A DNA stretch of 64,000 bases from Pelagomonas calceolata (lineage: Eukaryota). Shown here piece after piece: positions 10,941-20,505 of this stretch (positions within the stretch are counted from its first letter, which is position 1; the number at the start of each line of letters is the position of its first letter). The translations under genes and the position numbers were made by a program. The stretch covers positions 2,666,001 through 2,730,000 of the forward strand of contig CAKKNE010000003.1 in NCBI GenBank assembly GCA_918797485.1, given 5' to 3'. Below the pieces are notes generated by a model. The model did no database searches and had not been told where the DNA came from. It saw only the letters and a program-made list of their open reading frames with translations.

Positions 10941-11974
10941 TTACTCGTCCCCTCTCGCATTAACTTGCTGGTAGAACGTGCCTTTCGCGGTCATGAGTTC
11001 CTCGAAGGACCCGTGCTCGACGATGTGCCCTTGATCCAAGTAGATGACGTCGTCGGACGTCTTCAGGTCGCCGAGGTGGTGCGTGATGCAGATCGTCGTC
11101 GCGTTCTCGGCGAGTTTGTCTAGCGTTTTCTGGAGCGATCGCGCGACGGCATTGTCCAAACCCGTGGTCGGCTCGTCGAGGAGGTAAATCGTGCCGCGCT
11201 TGAGCATGGCGCGCGCGAGGTTGACGCGCTGCTGCTGGCCTCCCGAGAGGCGGCCGCCCCCTTCGCCCACCGTCTTGTCTAGCTGTAAATCTGGGTGGGA
11301 AATGTCGAGCTCTGCGAGCCCGGCGGCCTCGCGAATATCTTCATCAGTTGCGTCCCGCCGACCGTAGGCGATCTCGTCACGGATGGTACCATTTGTTAAT
11401 TGGGCGGACTGCGAGACGACGCTGAACAGTTTCCGCAGTGAGGCGCCCGTCACCGTACTTTCTTCGTAACAAACGGCTCGAGGCGGCCGAAGATGTTGAT
11501 GAGGCCGATGATGAGGAGGACGATCCACTGCCAGGGCTTGATCCCCTTGGCGTCGAGCGACGGATGGAGCGTCGGCGACAGAAAATACAACCCGACGAGG
11601 AAGGACAGCTGCGTCACGACGCGCACGACCTGGAGCAGTCCATATCGAACCTTGAAAGCGTCGTAGCCCGGCAAAGCCGCGAACAGGGCATAGATCTGCT
11701 TCAGGAGCTCCATGAAGCGGAACGGCGAGTCGTCCTCCTTCGCATCGCTGGCTGCGCTCGACACCGACCTCAAGGGCGCCGGCTTACCGAGCCGGCCGCG
11801 GCGGGAGCTCGTCGTGCTCGCGCTCGCGTCCGACAAGAGCCCCACGGAGGCGTCGAACGAGAGCGCGGCGGACATCTTCGACGTCCGCGACCCCGACGCG
11901 TCGCCGGCGCCGGCCTCGAGGTCGCGGAATTTGACGGAGCGGCCGCTGCTGTGGTTGCTCGAGGAGTAGCTCAT
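10941..11974 (-). pseudogene. Internally deleted ABC transporter (N-terminus and first TM helices joined out of frame to the C-terminal part of the NBD)
   Basis: 11450-11974 encodes a soluble N-terminus plus 2 TM helices. 10941-~11460 encodes Q-loop VVSQ, signature LSGGQQQR, Walker B LLDEPT and H-loop ITHHL. Walker A and most of the TMD are absent. Confidence 0.7.
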
Positions 11975-12337
11975 CGTGTAGATTGAGCCGCCTCGCAGTT
12001 GTAGTCGCCGCGCGCGCCACCGCCACCAACCAGTGGTTTTTTCCTGTTTTTACTCGGCTCCGAGTCGCGACGGCATCTGTACCGGACGTATGTTGATTTT
12101 GAGTCGAGGCGCTTCAAGCGGGATTCGCCAAGCCTCTGAAACCCCGCGCTCGCGGCTTACACGCCCCTTACATAAGACCTAGCGTCGTGTAAGGCACTAG
12201 AGCCAAAAATATCGGCGTGACTGAACGCATTCGGCCGCACGAGTGCTCGTGTGTACAGGCTGGCACACACAGGAAGCAAATTTCTCGTGTGTACGCGCTG
12301 GGGCACGTATACAGGCCCTGGGAGTATTGGGGGCACA

Positions 12338-13513
12338 ATGACGGCAGGGAGCACAATGCTCCTGCTGCACGCCGCCGCGGCAGCGTTCCAGTTCCACGAA
12401 AATAAATGTGAACCGACGACGTCGCTGCCGACGGCCGAGGACAGCAAGAGAATCGCGTTCATTCTGCGGGGCGACGCCTACCGCGGCCTCAGCTACGGCT
12501 CGACGGCCCGCGGGAGCAAGAGGGGCTTCATGTGCACGCCCTTCGCGGTGCGCATCCAGCGCGCCATCAGCGCGAGCCACGTCGATTACATCATCGCGCC
12601 GCTGGAGGCTGCGGGCTTCCGCGTCGACGTCTTCTTCGCGACTTACCCCTGCGCGACGGACGGAGAAGCGCAGCTCGAAAGACTCAAAGGCTTCTACAAC
12701 CGCAACCGCACGCGAGTGGTCCACGTCGATAGGGTGCCTAGACCAGGAGCAACACAAGCCACGCCCGCGAATATCGCCATGAAGTCGTTGAGAAGGATGT
12801 GGCCCAAAGAAGGCTACCGCTCCGTCCTCGTCTGGCGTTTTGATCTCGTGGCGACAACACCGATGGGTTCGAAGATGATCAAGCTTAGACCCGCGGGCAA
12901 CACGGCGCGCTGCGACCCGCAGCTCGACAAGGACGGCCTCGCGCGGCCGGCGCGCGATTTCAGGTGCTGGTGCATGCCGCTCACGGTCAGCTGCGACAGC
13001 CCCGCCGGCTACGACGCCTACGTGAGCCACGGCGACATCGCCTATCTCAAGTACGAGGACGACTGGGCCTTCGGCTTCCCCGGAAAGCTCGCGCGCTGCG
13101 CCGTGCCAGTTTTTGAGTCCGATGCCTTGGCGATGCGGACTTTTATTGCCTCGCACGAGACGAACTATCGACTGGCGAAGACGGGGCCGGTCCTCACCGT
13201 GGCCCCCAAGCGCTGGGGCATCTACCGCACGGACTACTCGCCGCAAGGACCTGATAAACTGTGCCGCTTGCTGCGCGATAAATTTGACGGCCCGCCGTGC
13301 CCCGCGACGGCCGAGCTCGGGGCGAAGATGGCGTGCCTGCGCCACGCGCGCGCCGCGAACGCGTCAACCGTCAAAGAAGCAAGAAAGGCCACGCCGAGCT
13401 GGTTCTGGGAGCGCGCTCACTGCGACAACGCGACGGAGTTCATCGACCGGCGGCTCCGCGGCGGCGTGCACGGCATTCACCGCCGGCGGCCGCACCACCA
13501 CTCCCCTCCCTGA
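12338..13513 (+). CDS. Hypothetical secreted protein
   Basis: Long ORF with hydrophobic signal-like MLLLHAAAAAF; no family recognised; start uncertain. Confidence 0.6.
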   Translation: MTAGSTMLLLHAAAAAFQFHENKCEPTTSLPTAEDSKRIAFILRGDAYRGLSYGSTARGSKRGFMCTPFAVRIQRAISASHVDYIIAPLEAAGFRVDVFFATYPCATDGEAQLERLKGFYNRNRTRVVHVDRVPRPGATQATPANIAMKSLRRMWPKEGYRSVLVWRFDLVATTPMGSKMIKLRPAGNTARCDPQLDKDGLARPARDFRCWCMPLTVSCDSPAGYDAYVSHGDIAYLKYEDDWAFGFPGKLARCAVPVFESDALAMRTFIASHETNYRLAKTGPVLTVAPKRWGIYRTDYSPQGPDKLCRLLRDKFDGPPCPATAELGAKMACLRHARAANASTVKEARKATPSWFWERAHCDNATEFIDRRLRGGVHGIHRRRPHHHSPP

Positions 13514-13568
13514 CTTTTGCCTCCTCCTCCCGATTTTTCCTCAGTTTATAATTTATATTTCAAGTTAG

Positions 13569-14249
13569 TCACAACAACAAAGACGCCTTCTCCCGCAGCG
13601 CCTCGCGGAGCGCCGCGCCGGCGCGGGCGCAGGCACCGACGCAATCAACCGAACCATCGTCGAAGATCGCGCACGAGCATGCGTTCTGCGCGCCGACGGC
13701 TTGGGGCGTGCGAGACTTGCTCGCCGAGAGCGCGGCGAGCCTCCGCGGCGGCCCGACGAAGGCCTTGTCTCCGAGCTGCCCGTCGTTGCCGCGGCCCCAG
13801 GCGTAGACTTGCCCGTCGCGGGCCAGCGCGAGCGAGTGGTCGGCGCCGGCGGCCACGTCGACGATGCCGCGCAGCGCCTCGACGCGCCGCGGCGCCGTCT
13901 GCCACAGCTTGCCGCCCTCCCAAGTGTAGCCCACGGCGCCGGCCTCGGCGCTGCCTAGGCCTAGCTGTTGCCACCGGTCGCAGCCCCATGCATACGTGTC
14001 GCCGTGGCACGTGACCGCGAGCGAGTGTCCCGCATCGATGCCGCCGCCCGCCGCGACCGCGACGACGCCCGTCAGGCCAACCACGCGGCGTGTCCGCATC
14101 TCGCAGCGCCGCTCCGCACTGCCGTCGCCGCACTGTCCGAATCGATTACCGCTTGCGGTCAGTGGTGTGGCCTCGACGCCGCCATCTGCAGTTATGGCCA
14201 GGGTGTGTGTGGCTGATGCAGCGGTTTTTGACATGGGTCCGCACGGCAT
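13569..14249 (-). CDS. RCC1-repeat protein
   Basis: Repeated VAAGxxHSLA...YAWG...GQLG units. Confidence 0.88.
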   Translation of the reverse strand: MPCGPMSKTAASATHTLAITADGGVEATPLTASGNRFGQCGDGSAERRCEMRTRRVVGLTGVVAVAAGGGIDAGHSLAVTCHGDTYAWGCDRWQQLGLGSAEAGAVGYTWEGGKLWQTAPRRVEALRGIVDVAAGADHSLALARDGQVYAWGRGNDGQLGDKAFVGPPRRLAALSASKSRTPQAVGAQNACSCAIFDDGSVDCVGACARAGAALREALREKASLLL

Positions 14250-14576
14250 GGGATGCTTGCTGGCTGCAGCCGCGCAGCTGTGCAGGCAGCAGGCTGTGAT
14301 ATATAGTGTCTGTGTTTTCTAGTGACTTACATGATGCTAGGTCCAGCTTTGGCAGCTTCCGCGAGGCAGAGGGCAGGCGCGGCGAACAACAATCTCCGCA
14401 TTATATTCGCGCATTCGCACCGCGCTCCGACAAGCTTGGTCAGACGAAGCGAACACTAGACTCTTAGCGCTTATTAAGCTCTCCGCGAGGTTGAGGCAAA
14501 ACAGAAGCGCGGCGCGAGGCGGCGAGGCGAGAGGCAAAACAGAAGCGAGACGCTAAAACACAGAAGCGAGACGCAT

Positions 14577-16445
14577 ATGCGCTGCACAAGAAGCACCATG
14601 CTGCTCCTCGCCTGCAGAGTCGCTAGGGTCCGGGCGCTGCAGGCGCCGCGCAAGTTCGGCAGGCTGCGCGCGCTCGCGTCGACCGTCGCCGAGCCCGGGG
14701 CCAAGGTCCCCGTCACACTCTTGTCGGGATTCCTCGGCACGGGCAAGACTACTTTGTTGAGAAATCTGCTGGAGGAGGCCTCGCAAGACAAGGACTCGAA
14801 GGTAGGCGTGGTAGTCAATGACATGGCGGCGGTTAACATCGACGCCAAAATCACCGCGCGCCGATTGGACTTAGATGAAAGCGATTCCCCAAAAATGCAG
14901 GGCGCGGCGGAATTCGTGGAGATCGGCGACGGGTGCGTCTGCTGCTCCATGGCCGACGAGTTGTTTACGACGCTCGCGGAACTGGCGGCCGTGTCGTCCA
15001 TGAAAGGGTATCGGTACAATCATATTGTGATTGAGGCGACGGGCATCGCCGAACCTAGGTCCATCCGAGACCAGTTCCAGGACGCCGAGGCGGCCGGCAT
15101 GCCGCTCATGGAGGAAGTGGAACTGTCTACGTTAGTTACGGTCGTCGACAGTGCGGCCTTCCTGGACGCCTACGCGGAGACGGCGTCGATCGCGCAGCGG
15201 CCGGATTTGGCCGCGCCCGTCGACGACGATCCCAGTCCCTTCCTGATGGCGCGCTTCGACCACTCCCTCCAAAGGTCGGTCGTGGACTTGTTGGTGGAGC
15301 AGGTCGAGTGCGCCGACGTGCTGTTGCTCAACAAGAAAGACCTCGTCACCCAACAACAGATGGACCGCCTCGCCGAGATCATGAAAGCGTTGAACCCGAC
15401 CGCGATAGTAAAACAGTGCGAGTTCGGGGACGCGGCGTTAAATGAAGTGTTAGGTGTGGCCGGCGACGAAGGCGCCGCGCGCATCGGTCCGGTGGATGAG
15501 CACAAGGTCGCCGTCGCGGCGTCGAAGGGGGCCGCGTGTGATGATCCGGACTGCTCGGATCCCTCCCATCTGCACGCGCACGACTCGCACGCGCACGCCG
15601 CGAAGGAGGAGCACTCGCACGCGAGCCACGACCACGCGCATAAGGAGGAGGAGGCCTGCGCGGACCCGACCTGCACGGATCCCACGCACGACCACAGCCA
15701 CAAGCAGTGCATAAATCAAATTGTCGCGGCACGGCGCGTGTTGTGGTCGATTACCGCTCGTTTTAGCCAACATACACCCGACTCACTGGTTGATTTGCGC
15801 ACAGGCCACAAGGCGCACGACCACGCTCATGCGAAGGAGGAGGCCTGCGCGGACCCGACGTGCACGGACCCGACGCACGACCACAGCCACAAGGCGCACG
15901 ACCATTCGCACGGCCACACGCACGACGCCATCGGCATCGACTCCTTCGTCTACGCCGCGCGGCGGCCCTTCGCGCCGGCGCGGCTCCAGGAGTTGTTGCG
16001 GGCCCTGCCGGCCGACGTCACGGCGGCCATTAGTGATGGGAAGACGGACCACTCGGCCCTGAACCCCACCGCTAGAGCGCTCGCCACCATCGTGCGCTCG
16101 AAGGGCTTCCTCTGGCTCGCGTCGAGCCACGACGCGGCCTACTACTGGAGCCACGCGGGCAACCACTTCGCCGCCGAATTGATGGGCCGGTGGTGGGCGA
16201 CGCTGCCCGAGGACCGCTACCCCGAGGACATGCGGGCCTCGATTCTTTCGGACTTTGACGGCGAGGACGGCGACCGCCGCCAGGAGATCGTGTTCATCGG
16301 CGTGGGGGCCGTGGCGCAGCAGGCGGCCATCACGGAAGCCCTCGACGCGTGCCTCCTCACGGACGACGAGATGGCCGCCTACCGCGCGGCCGACGACGAC
16401 GCGCGGCCCGAGCTCTTCCCGAGCGACCTGCGCGTCCGCGCCTAG
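14577..16445 (+). CDS. COG0523/CobW-family metallochaperone GTPase with His/Cys-rich insert; contains a probable in-frame intron at 15697-15804
   Basis: GFLGTGKTT, GCVCC, IEATG and NKKD motifs; His-rich region; C-terminal RSKGFLW...RRQEIVFIG CobW_C domain. Confidence 0.93.
   Translation: MRCTRSTMLLLACRVARVRALQAPRKFGRLRALASTVAEPGAKVPVTLLSGFLGTGKTTLLRNLLEEASQDKDSKVGVVVNDMAAVNIDAKITARRLDLDESDSPKMQGAAEFVEIGDGCVCCSMADELFTTLAELAAVSSMKGYRYNHIVIEATGIAEPRSIRDQFQDAEAAGMPLMEEVELSTLVTVVDSAAFLDAYAETASIAQRPDLAAPVDDDPSPFLMARFDHSLQRSVVDLLVEQVECADVLLLNKKDLVTQQQMDRLAEIMKALNPTAIVKQCEFGDAALNEVLGVAGDEGAARIGPVDEHKVAVAASKGAACDDPDCSDPSHLHAHDSHAHAAKEEHSHASHDHAHKEEEACADPTCTDPTHDHSHKQCINQIVAARRVLWSITARFSQHTPDSLVDLRTGHKAHDHAHAKEEACADPTCTDPTHDHSHKAHDHSHGHTHDAIGIDSFVYAARRPFAPARLQELLRALPADVTAAISDGKTDHSALNPTARALATIVRSKGFLWLASSHDAAYYWSHAGNHFAAELMGRWWATLPEDRYPEDMRASILSDFDGEDGDRRQEIVFIGVGAVAQQAAITEALDACLLTDDEMAAYRAADDDARPELFPSDLRVRA
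15705..15804 (+). mobile_element. Introner-like non-autonomous DNA transposon (family A), 100 bp
   Basis: 8-bp TSD GCCACAAG (15697-15704 and 15805-15812); imperfect TIRs CAGTGCATAAATCAA / TTGATTTGCGCACAG. The adjacent protein repeat at 15875-15904 shows the empty site. Confidence 0.85.
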
Positions 16446-16584
16446 CTTTCCCTCCCTAACCGGTTCCTGATTTGTGTTACTTTGAGGCTTGCGGGAGTCG
16501 CGGCGATGGCGTCTGCACCTGGTGCTAGGACGGACTCGGACCCGCAGGACCAAACTCTGCAAATTGTGTTAGACGGCGTAGCGA

Positions 16585-19161
16585 TTAGACCCGTCCGACG
16601 GGTCTCTCCCAGCTCGTCGCCCCCGTCGCGTGGTTGACGTAGTACGTCTTCCCGGACATGCCGTCGACCTGGCGCGACCAGTTCCGGGGCAGCGGCGACT
16701 GCAAGGCCTGGGGGGCGCGCGGCGCCCGGGGAGGGGCGCGGGCGGCGGGTTTGGCGGGCTTCTGATGCCGGTGCTTCGGGCGGCAGAGCTTCGCGACGCA
16801 CGTGCACAGCCACACGAGCGCGACGAGGACGACCATGATGGCGACGAGGACGGCGATGAACCACTTGAGCGCCAGGCCGAGGACGCGCGCGGCGGTCTCG
16901 TCGAAGTCGTCGTCTTTCAGGGCCGTGGGCGCGAACGTCGACGTCGGCGCCGGCGTGGGCGGCACGGACGGCTCGCCCGTCGGCTTGGGCGACACCGACG
17001 GCGGCGGCGAGACCGTCGGCGCCGCGGTGCACCAGCCTGGTATTTGGGGCGCGGTGCCGCACTCGTCCACGCACAATTGGCAGGTCGGGTCATCGCACTG
17101 GTCCACGCACTTTTCGCCTTCCTCGTCGAGGCAGACCGGCTCCTCGCAGCCGTCGTCGCCCAAGGACCAATGGTAGTCTTTCAAGGTGTCTGAGTCGACG
17201 CACGACGAGCCGGCCGGCTCGCCCGAGGAGATGTCGACGGTGGACGTGCGGCACTGCTTGCCCGAGTCCTGCCCGTCGCACTCCGTGCCGTCGCGGGACG
17301 GTTCATTATACCCTAAGCAGCTGCCAAAAAATTGGCTTTCGGAGCAATACACTACGCTGCAGTCCGAGGCGCTGCAGTAGTAGGTGTGGGCCGTCGAGCC
17401 GTCGTAAATGGCGCCCCCCGTGTTCGGGTTGATACAACTGCCCGCCTTCGAAATACACTGGCCCCGGTAGCACTTGCCGTCTTCGTTGGACTTCGCATCG
17501 CTGTCGTCCGGGAAGATTTTCTCGGTGCAGTCCGTCCCGGGCGACGCGTACCGATCGACGGGGCAGTCACTCATCTTTCCGGTGCAGACCTCCTCCTCGT
17601 CGCACTCGTCGTGCTGCGCCGGACGACACACCACTCCCTGCGCAGTCAATGCGCCGTCCGTGCAGCAGGCGTCCGAGTTCGCACATCCGCACCCCGCTTC
17701 CAGCAGGCAATCGCTGGTGCAGCACGCGTCGTCGACGAAGATGCCCGGGTCGCACTGCTCGCCGATATCCACGATGCCGTCGCCGCACACGGGCGTGTCC
17801 CAGGACGTCTCGACGTTCTCGTTCAGGCACTCGGGCCAAAAGTTACTGGACCCGTATTTGCTCGTGAAGTAGCCGTCCGCCTCCTCCCGCGCTAGGTCCC
17901 GGAACTGCATGCCCGTGTCATGAGGTTCACCAGAAGTCATCACCGCGTTCATGATGTTCGGCCCGCCCTCGTCGTGGCCCATGCCGAGGAGGTGGCCCAG
18001 CTCGTGCGCCATGACCGCCGCCGTGACTGCGATGCTGCCCGAGTCCTCAACCACGGAACCCGACCAGGTGTCCACGCAGAGGCCATCCATCCACGCGAGG
18101 CCGGCCGTCGACGAGGAGAAGTCCTCGCCCGAGAGGAGGATGCTCGAGTCGATGGACACGCCCAGGGCGCTCTCCAGCGCCGCCCGCTCCCTGGCGACGT
18201 AGACGGTGAGCGAGTCCAGGAGGCAGGTCGCCGAGACCTCGTCGCTCGTGCACGTGTCGCCGCACTCGGCGCAATCATCAGTGCCCCGCGCGTAGTACAT
18301 CCCGTGGCTGCCGTCGCTCCGCGTGTAGGTGCCGCCGGTATTCGCGAACGTGCACGAGTCGCAGTCGGGATTGCCGTCGCGCCACGTCACCTGCCCGATC
18401 AAGACGGGCACGACGCGGCAGTTCAGCTTGTCGCCGTCGTACAGGCCGTAGGGCGCGCCCTCGGTGTAAATGTCGTGCATCACGTCGAAGAGGGCGGCCG
18501 TGTGCGCCTCGACGTCGGCGCCGTGCCGCGCGTAGCGCTTCTCGTCGTTGAAGACGACGATGCCGACGTACTTCGTCGGGCCGGCCGCGCACTCGTTCGC
18601 GCCGAGCGCGCGCTGGAAGAGGTCGTGGTGGTCGTGGCCGTGGCCGTGGTCGTCGTGGCCGCGCAGGTGGCGCCGGAGCGCGTCGGGCGGGTGCGGCGCG
18701 TGGCGCTCCGGGTCCACGCCGCACGTGCGCGGCCGGGCGTCGTCGCTCGGGTCGAAGACGGCGTGCTCGCCGTCGCGCCACGCGAGCTCGAGCACGCGGC
18801 CCCCATCCATGCGGACGACGGCCTCCGGGTAGCCGGCGCACGTGCGCGCCGTGACGCGGCCGCCCTCTCCAGTTTTGGTGTCCGTCGCGGACCCCTTGTA
18901 GTGGCAGCCGCGCGCGCCGGCGCGCGTGGTGGAGGTGCCGTCCGGGCCCATCGAGAGCTCCGTGTAGCTCCGGTGGAAGGCGCCGAAGTCGGCCTCCAAG
19001 TTTAATTTCAAGTGCAGGTCGTCGGTTATTACCGAAAGCTCGGCCGTGCGGCCGAGGCGCCGCGCGGGCTGGCCCGTGGCCGTGTGGTGCACCTTTGCTA
19101 CTTTGTGCTCGTGCGCCGCGGCAGCGAGGGCGAACCAGACGAGGCAGCCTATCGTTTTCAT
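16585..19161 (-). CDS. ADAM-like (M12B/reprolysin) metalloprotease with disintegrin domain, TM helix and C-terminal WW domain
   Basis: Signal peptide; prodomain with RTCG cysteine switch; HELGHLLGMGHD zinc site and Met-turn; CGDGIVDIGEQCDPG disintegrin; TM helix; LPRNW...YYVN...SWERP WW domain. Confidence 0.9.
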   Translation of the reverse strand: MKTIGCLVWFALAAAAHEHKVAKVHHTATGQPARRLGRTAELSVITDDLHLKLNLEADFGAFHRSYTELSMGPDGTSTTRAGARGCHYKGSATDTKTGEGGRVTARTCAGYPEAVVRMDGGRVLELAWRDGEHAVFDPSDDARPRTCGVDPERHAPHPPDALRRHLRGHDDHGHGHDHHDLFQRALGANECAAGPTKYVGIVVFNDEKRYARHGADVEAHTAALFDVMHDIYTEGAPYGLYDGDKLNCRVVPVLIGQVTWRDGNPDCDSCTFANTGGTYTRSDGSHGMYYARGTDDCAECGDTCTSDEVSATCLLDSLTVYVARERAALESALGVSIDSSILLSGEDFSSSTAGLAWMDGLCVDTWSGSVVEDSGSIAVTAAVMAHELGHLLGMGHDEGGPNIMNAVMTSGEPHDTGMQFRDLAREEADGYFTSKYGSSNFWPECLNENVETSWDTPVCGDGIVDIGEQCDPGIFVDDACCTSDCLLEAGCGCANSDACCTDGALTAQGVVCRPAQHDECDEEEVCTGKMSDCPVDRYASPGTDCTEKIFPDDSDAKSNEDGKCYRGQCISKAGSCINPNTGGAIYDGSTAHTYYCSASDCSVVYCSESQFFGSCLGYNEPSRDGTECDGQDSGKQCRTSTVDISSGEPAGSSCVDSDTLKDYHWSLGDDGCEEPVCLDEEGEKCVDQCDDPTCQLCVDECGTAPQIPGWCTAAPTVSPPPSVSPKPTGEPSVPPTPAPTSTFAPTALKDDDFDETAARVLGLALKWFIAVLVAIMVVLVALVWLCTCVAKLCRPKHRHQKPAKPAARAPPRAPRAPQALQSPLPRNWSRQVDGMSGKTYYVNHATGATSWERPVGRV

Positions 19162-19350
19162 AAGGCCCGTCGGGCCTGCGCGGCAGCCCATCTGATTGTT
19201 TGGGGGCCCTGCTCCACTTATTTTGGGCAGTCTGGCAAATTCGCGGCGGCGGAGCGCAACCCGCGAGCTGAGGCGCCTCGACAAAAGATGAATCGGTATC
19301 GGACGAAAAGTTACACAGACGATGGGGGGAGAGGTCGCGGGGCGCCCTTT

Positions 19351-19692
19351 CTAGCCGGCGTGGCCCCACGGCGAGCGGAGCTGCGACACGTCGGCCGCGC
19401 GGTGTTCTCTTGAGAGACCCTCGTGGAAGCTGCTCACCAAATCAAGCGGCGTCCGCGCCTGGTCCGCGAACTCCTCCCACATGTACGCGTGGTGGTCGCG
19501 GACGAGGTCGAGCGGCTCGGCGACGACATCGTCGAGGTACTGGCCGATCATCTCCGCTTGGTATGAGCGGACGAGGTCGAGTGGCGCATCAACGAGCATG
19601 TCGGCTTTTACTGTCGTCGTGCGCGGTGCATTGGCAGGGAGGACAAAGGCCCTCCCTGTCGCAAGGAGAGCTAGGGCTGCAATTTGTCGCAT
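19351..19692 (-). CDS. Small putative plastid-targeted protein with three PLDLV repeats
   Basis: Bipartite leader MRQIAALALLATGRA-FV; three ~23-aa units each containing PLDLV. Confidence 0.65.
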   Translation of the reverse strand: MRQIAALALLATGRAFVLPANAPRTTTVKADMLVDAPLDLVRSYQAEMIGQYLDDVVAEPLDLVRDHHAYMWEEFADQARTPLDLVSSFHEGLSREHRAADVSQLRSPWGHAG

Positions 19693-20233
19693 CGCTGCCT
19701 CCGCTTTGTCAACTGGTGTCGGCACAGCTCGCGAGTGCTTTAGATTTGTCTGCTGCTTCGCTTGGGGCTGGATCAAAGCCGCACCCAAGCTTGGGCACTA
19801 CAATTGCAATGCTTTGCTAGTGTCATACAGGCCGCTAGGTCGAGTTATTCTTCGCGAGATATGTGCGGCTTCAAATTGATGCCTGAACGAGGGTGGCAGG
19901 TGGTCTCACTCACAGGCCGAGTTCAGTCGCACTCACGACCACCAGTCCCCGGCAATAACGCGCAGTCGTTGGGAGTTCACTCGTATTGTCGTGTTTTGAC
20001 TCACGTGATTGCCCTTCGACGCGTGGTGCACCGCGCGAGCAAGCTAGTGCGCAGGACAGCATAGTTCAGCAAAGAATTTAGGACTGCAGGCCTCAGTTGT
20101 CAAGCGCCTTTGAGCGTTTCTCCGCGTACTCAGCTTCGCCGACGCAAGAGTTAGTCTAGCGTTCGTGACCGCTTAAGTATTCTCCCTTCAAACGCACACG
20201 GCGCACGCGACGACGCGCGACGACGAGACAACA

Positions 20234-20494
20234 ATGGTCCAGTGTGACAAAACCAATAGACGCAAGACGCTCGACGAATTCGCGCTCGAGGCGGAAGGGA
20301 ACGAGGAGGAGGCGAGCCTCTCGCTTTTTGATTTACTCTGCATCGGCATCGGCGGCACGGTCGGCAGCGGCGTCTTCGTGCTCACGGGCGAAGTCTACCC
20401 CGTCGCGGGCCCGTCGTCGGCGCTCTGCTGGATGATAGCGGGCGGCGTCTGCCTCCTCTCCGCGTTCTCGTACATGGAGCTGTCGGCGGCGATA
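20234..20494 (+). pseudogene. 5' fragment of a cationic amino-acid transporter (APC/CAT family)
   Basis: LSLFDLLCIGIGGTVGSGVFVLTG...AGPS...SAFSYMELSAAI covers TM1-2 only; similarity ends abruptly at about 20494. Confidence 0.7.
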
Positions 20495-20505
20495 CAGTAC
20501 GTGCA

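Noticed and set aside
12197..13345. Long antisense ORFs (this one, 17920-19005, 18278-19369, 45793-46914 and others)
   Set aside because: Expected stop-poor antisense or alternative frames of GC-rich genes; the recognisable protein is in another frame.
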